Source of the DNA: Thermomonospora sp.
GTDB lineage: Bacteria > Actinomycetota > Actinomycetes > Streptosporangiales > Streptosporangiaceae
Direction: 5' to 3'
NCBI GenBank assembly: GCA_036258615.1
Contig: DATADI010000086.1
Span: 1-40,528 of the forward strand
DNA length: 40,528 nt
The notes under the pieces are model-generated. The model was not told the origin of the DNA and did no database searches. It saw nothing but the letters and a program-made list of their open reading frames with translations. Made by a program: the position numbers and the translations under genes. Positions 34,456 through 40,528 of this stretch are shown here, in pieces. Position 1 is the stretch's first letter. Every line of letters starts with the position of its first letter.

Positions 34456-35745
34456 GTGAGCCACAGCCATCCCGTCCAGGCCGAGACGGTGTTCACCTAC
34501 GGGTCGCCGGCGTTGAAGTTCGGCACCGGGGCCTCCGAGGAGATCGGGTTCGACCTGGCGCGGCTCGGGGTGCGCCGGGTGCTGGTGGTGACCGACGCGG
34601 GGGTCGCCGCCACCGGGCATCCGCAGCGCGTCGCCGAGCAGATGGCCGGGTACGGCATCACGGCGAGCGTGTTCGACGGGGTCCGGGTGGAGCCGACCGA
34701 CGACAGCATGAACGCGGCGATCGAGCACGCCCGCGCGACGGGGCCCTGGGACGCGTTCGTGGCGGTCGGCGGCGGCTCGACCATCGACACCGCCAAGGCG
34801 ATGAACCTGCTCACCACCAACCCCGGTGGGCTGATGGACTACCTGAACGCGCCGGTGGGGGCCGCCAAGGCGCCGACACAGCCGCTCAAGCCGCTGGTCG
34901 CGGTGCCGACCACCACCGGCACCGGCGCGGAGAGCACCACCATCTGCGTGCTGGACGTGCTGTCCCTCAAGGTCAAGACCGGCATCAGCCACGCGTGGCT
35001 GCGCCCGGCGATGGCGGTGGTGGACCCGGCCCTGACGGTCACGCAGTCTCCCGAGGTGACCGCCTCGGCGGGCATGGACATCCTGTGCCACGCCCTGGAG
35101 AGCTACACCGCCCGCTGGTACACCACGTACGAGCGCAAGTCACCGGAGCAGCGGGTGCCCTACTGCGGGGCGAATCCGATCTCGGACGTGTGGTCCGAGC
35201 AGGCGCTCCGGTTGCTCTCGCGGTCGTTCCGCGCGGCGGTGCGCGACCCGGAGGACCTGGCGGCGCGCGGGGAGATGGCGCTGGCCGCGACGATGGCGGG
35301 TCTGGGGTTCGGCAACGCGGGCGTGCACATCCCGCATGCGAACGCGTACCCGATCGCCGGTCGGGTGACCGAGTTCCGGCCGCCCGGATACGAGGTGGAC
35401 GAGCCGATGGTGCCGCACGGCATGTCGGTGTCCCTGACCGCGCCCGAGGCGTTCCGGTTCACGTTCTCCGCCGGTCCCGACCGGCACGTGCGCGCCGCCG
35501 AGTTGCTCGACCCGGGGCTGGAGCGACCGGACGACGCCGAGCGGTACCTGCCGCAGGCGCTGCTCAATCTGATGCGCGACATCGGCATCCCCAACGGCGT
35601 CGGCGGGGTCGGCTACAGCGAGGCGGACGTGCCCGACCTGGTCGAGGGCGCGCTGAAGCAGCAGCGGCTGCTGACGACCGCGCCCCGGCCCGTGACCGGC
35701 GAGGATCTCGAACAGATCTTCACGCGTTCGCTGGCCCTGTGGTGA
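34456..35745 (+). CDS. Hydroxyacid-oxoacid transhydrogenase (HOT/ADHFE1-like, iron-containing ADH family)
   Basis: VEPTD, VGGGSTIDTAKA.NL, DYLNAPVG, PTTTGTGAE, KTGIS, D.LCHALESYTA, YCGANPISD, GFGNAGVHIPH and VPHG.SV. Confidence 0.88.
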   Translation: MSHSHPVQAETVFTYGSPALKFGTGASEEIGFDLARLGVRRVLVVTDAGVAATGHPQRVAEQMAGYGITASVFDGVRVEPTDDSMNAAIEHARATGPWDAFVAVGGGSTIDTAKAMNLLTTNPGGLMDYLNAPVGAAKAPTQPLKPLVAVPTTTGTGAESTTICVLDVLSLKVKTGISHAWLRPAMAVVDPALTVTQSPEVTASAGMDILCHALESYTARWYTTYERKSPEQRVPYCGANPISDVWSEQALRLLSRSFRAAVRDPEDLAARGEMALAATMAGLGFGNAGVHIPHANAYPIAGRVTEFRPPGYEVDEPMVPHGMSVSLTAPEAFRFTFSAGPDRHVRAAELLDPGLERPDDAERYLPQALLNLMRDIGIPNGVGGVGYSEADVPDLVEGALKQQRLLTTAPRPVTGEDLEQIFTRSLALW

Positions 35746-38516
35746 GCCCAGAGGAGATCGCCGCAGCGCTGCGGAAGGCGGGGCTCGCGGAGGCCGACGT
35801 GTCCGCCCGCCGCCGCGCCGAGTACTCCAGCGACGCGTCCCTGTACCGGGTGGTGCCGAGCGTGGTGGCGTTCCCCCGGGCGGCCGACGAGGTGGTGGCG
35901 GCGCTGGAGACGTGCCGGGCGCTGGGCGTTCCGCTGACGGCGCGCGGCGCGGGGACCTCGATCGCGGGCAACGCCGTGGGCGAGGGCGTGATCCTGGACT
36001 TCTCCCGGCATTTGGGGCGTGTCCGTAACGTCGATGCCGCCTCCGGGACGGCCGAGGTCGAGCCGGGGGTGATCCTGGACGACCTCCAGCGGGCGGCGGC
36101 TCCGCACGGGCTGCGGTTCGGGCCCGACCCGTCCACGCACAGCCGCTGCACGATCGGCGGGATGATCGGCAACAACGCGTGCGGCTCCCGCGCCCTCGGC
36201 TTCGGGCGCACCAGCGACAACGTGGTGGAGCTGGACGTCCTGGCCGGGACGGGCGAGCGGCTGACCCTCAGGCGGGGTGCGGACGGGCCGGCGACGCTCG
36301 GCAGGCTGCGGGAGGTCGTCAACGCCAACCTGGCCGTGATCCGCACGGAGCTGGGAACGTTCGGACGGCAGATCTCCGGTTACTCGCTCGAACACCTGCT
36401 GCCCGAGCGGGGCTTCGACCCGGCGCGGGCGTTCGTCGGCAGCGAGGGCACCTGGGGCGTGCTGCTCGGCGCGACGGTGCGGCTGGTGCCGGTGCCGTCC
36501 CGGCCGGTGCTGGTGGTCTTCGGATACCCGGACATGGCGTCGGCCGCCGACGCGGTGCCGCGCCTCCTCCCGTACGGCCCGATCGCGGCGGAGGGGCTGG
36601 ACGCGCGGATCGTGGACGTCGTCCGGCGGCTGCGCGGGGACGCCGCCGTGCCGGAGCTGCCGCGTGGCGGTGGCTGGCTGTTCGTGGAGCTGTCCGGCGA
36701 GGTCCCGGCGGGCCTGGTGGCCGACGCGGAGGCCCTGGGGCACCGGGTGGTGACCGATCCGGCGGAGGCGGCGACGCTGTGGCGGATCCGGGAGGACGGC
36801 GCGGGCCTGGCCGCCCGGTCGCGGGGCGGGCACATGTCGCACGCGGGCTGGGAGGACGCCGCCGTACCGCCCGACCGGCTCGGCGACTACCTGCGCGACT
36901 TCGAGGCGCTGATGGCCGAGCGGGGCCTGGCGGGGACCCCGTACGGGCACTTCGGCGACGGCTGTGTCCACGTCCGCATCGACTTCCCGCTGCACAGGCC
37001 GGACGGCGTCGGGGTCTTCCGGGGCTTCCTCACCGACGCGGCCAAGCTGGTGGCGTCCTACGGCGGGTCGATGTCGGGGGAGCACGGCGACGGGCGGGCA
37101 CGCGGCGAGTTGCTCCCGTTCATGTACTCGGCGGCGGCACTCACGGCGTTCGAGCAGGTGAAGGCCGTGTTCGACCCTGACGACGTGCTGAATCCCGGGG
37201 TGGTGGTGCGGCCCCGGCCGGTGGACGCCGACCTGCGGGTGCCCGCCGCGCGCGGCGTCCGGCGGAACCTCGCGTTCGCCTATCACGGGGACGGCGGCGA
37301 CTTCACCAATGCCGTCCACCGCTGCACGGGGGTCGGCAAGTGCCGGGCCGACCTGACCGGTTCGGGTGGCGTGATGTGCCCGTCGTACCAGGCCACGCGG
37401 GACGAGAAGGACTCCACGCGCGGGCGCGCCCGGGTGCTGCAGGAGATGGCGAACGGCTCGCTGGTGAAGGGCTGGCGGTCCCCCGAGGTGCACGAGGCGC
37501 TCGATCTGTGCCTGGCCTGCAAGGCGTGCTCGTCGGACTGCCCGACCGGTGTGGACATGGCCTCCTACAAGGCCGAGGTGCTGTACCAGTCGTACCGGCG
37601 TCGGCTGCGGCCCATGTCGCACTACGTGCTGGGCGGGCTGCCGCGCCTGGCCCGGCTGGCTTCGCGGGCCCCGCGCCTGGCGAACCGGCTGATGGGCGGG
37701 CCGTTGGCGGGGCCGGGCAAACGGTTGGCGGGGGTGGACGCGCGGCGTGACCTGCCGGTGTTCGCGCCCCGGACGTTCCGCCGGTGGTTCCGCGACCATC
37801 CGGTGGCGGACGGCGATCCGGTGGTGTTGTGGGTGGACACGTTCACCGACCACTTCACCCCGCAGGTCGGCGTGGCGGCGGTCCGGGTGCTGGAGGACGC
37901 CGGGTTCTCGGTGCGCATCCCGTCGAAGCGGCTGTGCTGCGGCCTCACCTACATCTCCACGGGGAGGCTCGACACCGCCCGCAGGCTGCTGCGCCGTTCG
38001 GTGGACGCGCTCGCCCCGCACGCCGAGGCGGGGACGCCGATCGTGGGCCTGGAGCCGTCGTGCACGGCGGTGTTCCGATCCGACGCGGGCGAACTGCTCG
38101 GCGGTGACGTGCCGGTGGTCCGTACGCTCGCCGAGCTGCTGGCCGAACGGCCCGGCTGGGAGCCGCCGAACCTGGACGACGTCACGGCGGTCGCGCAGCC
38201 CCACTGCCACCACCACGCCGTGATGGGCTGGGACGCCGACCGCGCGCTGCTGGAACGTGCCGGGGCGACGGTCGAGGCCGTCGGCGGCTGCTGCGGCCTG
38301 GCCGGGAACTTCGGCGTCGAACGCGGCCACCACGACGTCAGCGTGGCGGTCGCCGAGACCGCGCTGCTGCCCGCCGTCCGCGCCGCCGGGGCGGACGCCA
38401 CGGTGCTGGCCGACGGGTTCTCCTGCCGGACGCAGCTCACCGCGCTGGCCCGGCGGGACGGCGTCCACCTGGCGGAGCTGCTCGCCCGCCGTGCCGGGGA
38501 CCCGGCGTCGCCGTGA
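35742..38516 (+). CDS. FAD-binding and Fe-S oxidoreductase (YdiJ/GlcD-GlcF fusion; D-2-hydroxyacid dehydrogenase)
   Basis: GTGA overlap; YSSDASLY, RGAGTS, GGMIGNNACG, GSEGT, GHFGDGCVH, SGEHGDG, CTGVGKC, CLACKACSSDC, CCG domains and ADGFSCRTQ. Confidence 0.9.
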   Translation: MSPEEIAAALRKAGLAEADVSARRRAEYSSDASLYRVVPSVVAFPRAADEVVAALETCRALGVPLTARGAGTSIAGNAVGEGVILDFSRHLGRVRNVDAASGTAEVEPGVILDDLQRAAAPHGLRFGPDPSTHSRCTIGGMIGNNACGSRALGFGRTSDNVVELDVLAGTGERLTLRRGADGPATLGRLREVVNANLAVIRTELGTFGRQISGYSLEHLLPERGFDPARAFVGSEGTWGVLLGATVRLVPVPSRPVLVVFGYPDMASAADAVPRLLPYGPIAAEGLDARIVDVVRRLRGDAAVPELPRGGGWLFVELSGEVPAGLVADAEALGHRVVTDPAEAATLWRIREDGAGLAARSRGGHMSHAGWEDAAVPPDRLGDYLRDFEALMAERGLAGTPYGHFGDGCVHVRIDFPLHRPDGVGVFRGFLTDAAKLVASYGGSMSGEHGDGRARGELLPFMYSAAALTAFEQVKAVFDPDDVLNPGVVVRPRPVDADLRVPAARGVRRNLAFAYHGDGGDFTNAVHRCTGVGKCRADLTGSGGVMCPSYQATRDEKDSTRGRARVLQEMANGSLVKGWRSPEVHEALDLCLACKACSSDCPTGVDMASYKAEVLYQSYRRRLRPMSHYVLGGLPRLARLASRAPRLANRLMGGPLAGPGKRLAGVDARRDLPVFAPRTFRRWFRDHPVADGDPVVLWVDTFTDHFTPQVGVAAVRVLEDAGFSVRIPSKRLCCGLTYISTGRLDTARRLLRRSVDALAPHAEAGTPIVGLEPSCTAVFRSDAGELLGGDVPVVRTLAELLAERPGWEPPNLDDVTAVAQPHCHHHAVMGWDADRALLERAGATVEAVGGCCGLAGNFGVERGHHDVSVAVAETALLPAVRAAGADATVLADGFSCRTQLTALARRDGVHLAELLARRAGDPASP

Positions 38517-38582
38517 TCGGCCCTATCCTGGCGGGCGGGTCGCCGGGGCGGTCCGGGACGAACGGAGGCGGGTGAACCGACG

Positions 38583-39296
38583 ATGCGCGAGATCGCCGGC
38601 ACGGCCAACCTGAACAGGCAGGTCGCCCAGGTGCTCCGGGAGGCCATCCACAGCGGCGAGCTGCGGCCGGGGGAGCTGTACTCGGTCAGCCGCATCTCCG
38701 AACGGCTCGGCGTCTCCCGCACCCCGGTGCGCGAGGCCCTGCTGGGGCTGGCCGACACGGGGCTCGTCCGCATCGAGCGCAACCGGGGCTTCCGCGTGGT
38801 GCGCCGCGACCCCCGGCACATCGCCGAGGTCTTCCACCTGCGGCTGCTGCTGGAGGTCCCCGCGACCCGGCTGGCCGCGCGGCACCGCGACCCGGCGCTG
38901 CTGGAGGGCCTGCGCCGTGAGCTGGCGGCCATGCGGGAGGCCGCCGGCGACCACGACGAGGCCCGGTTCATGGAGCACGACCGGCGGTTCCACGCGCTGA
39001 TCCTCGACGCCGCGGGCAACTCCCTGCTCACCGCGACCGTCGGCAACCTGCGCGACACGATCACCACGGTCGGCGCGTCCACCGTGGACCAGACCCGGTC
39101 CCTGGCCGACATCGCCGCCGAGCACGACCCCGTCCTGGCGGCGCTGGCCGCCGGGGACGCGGAGGCCGCCGCCGAGGCGATGCGGCGGCACGTCGCGCAC
39201 ACCGGCGAGCTGCTGCTCGCCCAGGTCGCCGCCGAGAACGACCGGCCGGTGGCCGAGGCGGACGCCGGGCTGATCACCACCCCGGCCGGCCCGTGA
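38583..39296 (+). CDS. GntR family regulator (FCD domain)
   Basis: LREAIHSGELRPG...LGVSRTPVREAL; FCD motifs DRRFH, AGN, EH and MRRH. Confidence 0.92.
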   Translation: MREIAGTANLNRQVAQVLREAIHSGELRPGELYSVSRISERLGVSRTPVREALLGLADTGLVRIERNRGFRVVRRDPRHIAEVFHLRLLLEVPATRLAARHRDPALLEGLRRELAAMREAAGDHDEARFMEHDRRFHALILDAAGNSLLTATVGNLRDTITTVGASTVDQTRSLADIAAEHDPVLAALAAGDAEAAAEAMRRHVAHTGELLLAQVAAENDRPVAEADAGLITTPAGP

Positions 39297-39341
39297 ACGC
39301 CATCGGCCAGGGGTTGCCGCCCCGGTCCCCCTGAGACGGCG

Positions 39342-39378
39342 CGTGGCCTCCGGAGCGGGTCGCGCTCCGGAGGCCACG
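39342..39378. terminator. Bidirectional terminator-like hairpin
   Basis: Perfect 16-bp stem CGTGGCCTCCGGAGCG / CGCTCCGGAGGCCACG between convergent genes. Confidence 0.7.
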
Positions 39379-39397
39379 TTCCTCGGATGGGCGGGGA

Positions 39398-40528
39398 TCA
39401 GGTGACGGGGTTCTCGACCAGGTAGACGGTCGGCGACGGGGTGCCGCAGGTGGCCGAGGCCTGGGTGGAACCGTTGAAGGTGAAGCTGGCGGCGGCCTCA
39501 CCCAGGGAGACCGCCACGCTCTTGGCCCCGGCGACGGGCTTGAACGGACCGGCGGTCAGCGAGCCGGTGGCCGGCAGCGAGATGACGATCTTCTTGTCGC
39601 GCACCAGCGGGGTCGTCGGGATGTCGATCCCGCCCGCGGCGACGTTCTGCACGGCCGGGGTGCCGCCCTCGACGTTCAGGTTGAGGGTGGTGACCTTGCC
39701 GGACGCGGTGGTGTAGCCCTTGTCGATCAGCCGGTTGACGGTGGCCGCCGGGATGGTCAGCGCCCCGGACGCGTCACCGAAGCTGAACGAGCCGTTGCGC
39801 TTGACGGTCAGCGGGATGTGGTTCGCGCCGACCGCCACGCCGACGTCGAGCCGCTCACCGTTCAGCGTGCACGAGTAGGGGGCGTGGATGATGCCCGCCA
39901 GCTCGTTGGAGGCCGGCTCGGGGAAGTTCAGCGGGGCGCCCTGGATCTTCTGGGGCGGCTGGCCCGCCGGACCGCCGATCCCCAGCTTGAGCAGTGCGTT
40001 GCCCTGGGATGCCTTGCAGTCGGCCTTGATGTTCAGGGCGAAGCCCAGCTGGGACTTCAGCGCGACCTCGGCGACCGCGCCGTCGAACTTCAGCGTGGTC
40101 GCGCCGCTGTTCGGGGCCTTGAACGGGCCGACGTCGAAGGTGCCCTGCAGGGGCAGCCCGACCTTCAGCGGCTTGCCCGCCTCGATCGGGATGTCCTTGA
40201 TCTCGAAGGGCTTGTCCTTGGCGATGTTGATCGAGTCCGGGGTGGACCCGCTGGCGCCGATGCTCAGGTCGGTGATCTTGGCGTCGGCCTTGTTGATGCC
40301 CAGGATCGGGGTCAGCGCGGTCAGCCAGGCGGGGAAGGTGATGCTGCCCGAGCCCTGGGTCAGCCAGAACTCCTGACCAGGTCCGAGCTGCACGGGGGCG
40401 ACTCCCTGCACGTCCACGTCGGTCGGCAGGTAGAACACCGGCAGCCCGCGCAGCGTGATCGTGCAGCCGATCGGCAGCTTGAACCGCCCGGTGTCCACCC
40501 CCACCGCGGGCACGATCTCCGGCGGCAG
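39398..40528 (-). CDS. Hypothetical beta-rich protein with two tandem homologous domains (5' end outside the window; probably secreted)
   Basis: The frame is open to the right edge with strong GC3 bias. It holds two ~150-aa repeats, each bracketed by Cys and sharing SG.(I/L)T.PA, K(I/V)T.L, G.TP...N.A and LP..G...GPFK. Confidence 0.75.
   Translation of the reverse strand: MPPEIVPAVGVDTGRFKLPIGCTITLRGLPVFYLPTDVDVQGVAPVQLGPGQEFWLTQGSGSITFPAWLTALTPILGINKADAKITDLSIGASGSTPDSINIAKDKPFEIKDIPIEAGKPLKVGLPLQGTFDVGPFKAPNSGATTLKFDGAVAEVALKSQLGFALNIKADCKASQGNALLKLGIGGPAGQPPQKIQGAPLNFPEPASNELAGIIHAPYSCTLNGERLDVGVAVGANHIPLTVKRNGSFSFGDASGALTIPAATVNRLIDKGYTTASGKVTTLNLNVEGGTPAVQNVAAGGIDIPTTPLVRDKKIVISLPATGSLTAGPFKPVAGAKSVAVSLGEAAASFTFNGSTQASATCGTPSPTVYLVENPVT

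Noticed and set aside
34389-38516. 1375-aa ORF suggesting a giant fusion protein
   Set aside because: The first ~450 codons are an off-frame overlap of the HOT gene; the real gene starts at GTG 35742.

Overview
High-GC actinomycete accessory region; gene content suggests a filamentous actinomycete, but the taxon is inferred. All family assignments come from motifs recognised in the translations, not from database searches. From left to right: (1) a probable deletion scar at the left edge joining a 5'-truncated MarR/GbsR-type regulator to the tail of an ABC ATPase and the start of an ABC-2 permease; (2) a ~5.7 kb metal(loid) island with four ArsR/SmtB regulators, each with a different Cys arrangement and its own partner (DUF2703-like CxxC protein, CDF-like cation transporter, two flavin oxidoreductases), and no arsC/acr3 in the window; (3) a secreted hypothetical gene and a DAO-family oxidoreductase coupled to a small His/Cys protein; (4) a ~14.5 kb locus, probably ROK-regulated, for dextran/alpha-1,6-glucan use (GH66+ricin lectin, two tandem GH15 glucodextranases, one with FN3+CBM2, a GH13 glucosidase and a sugar ABC transporter); (5) a 112-codon chimeric scar of a deleted ebo-type operon; (6) PucR, TetR and an acyl-CoA synthetase; (7) a MerR module with a long-spacer mer-type promoter; (8) BVMO + ferritin-like 'metal-dependent hydrolase' + TetR; (9) MarR/MFS with a triple operator; (10) hydroxyacid-oxoacid transhydrogenase + YdiJ-like FAD/Fe-S dehydrogenase + GntR; (11) a two-repeat beta-rich protein running off the right edge. 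No rRNA, tRNA, CRISPR array or transposase was seen.
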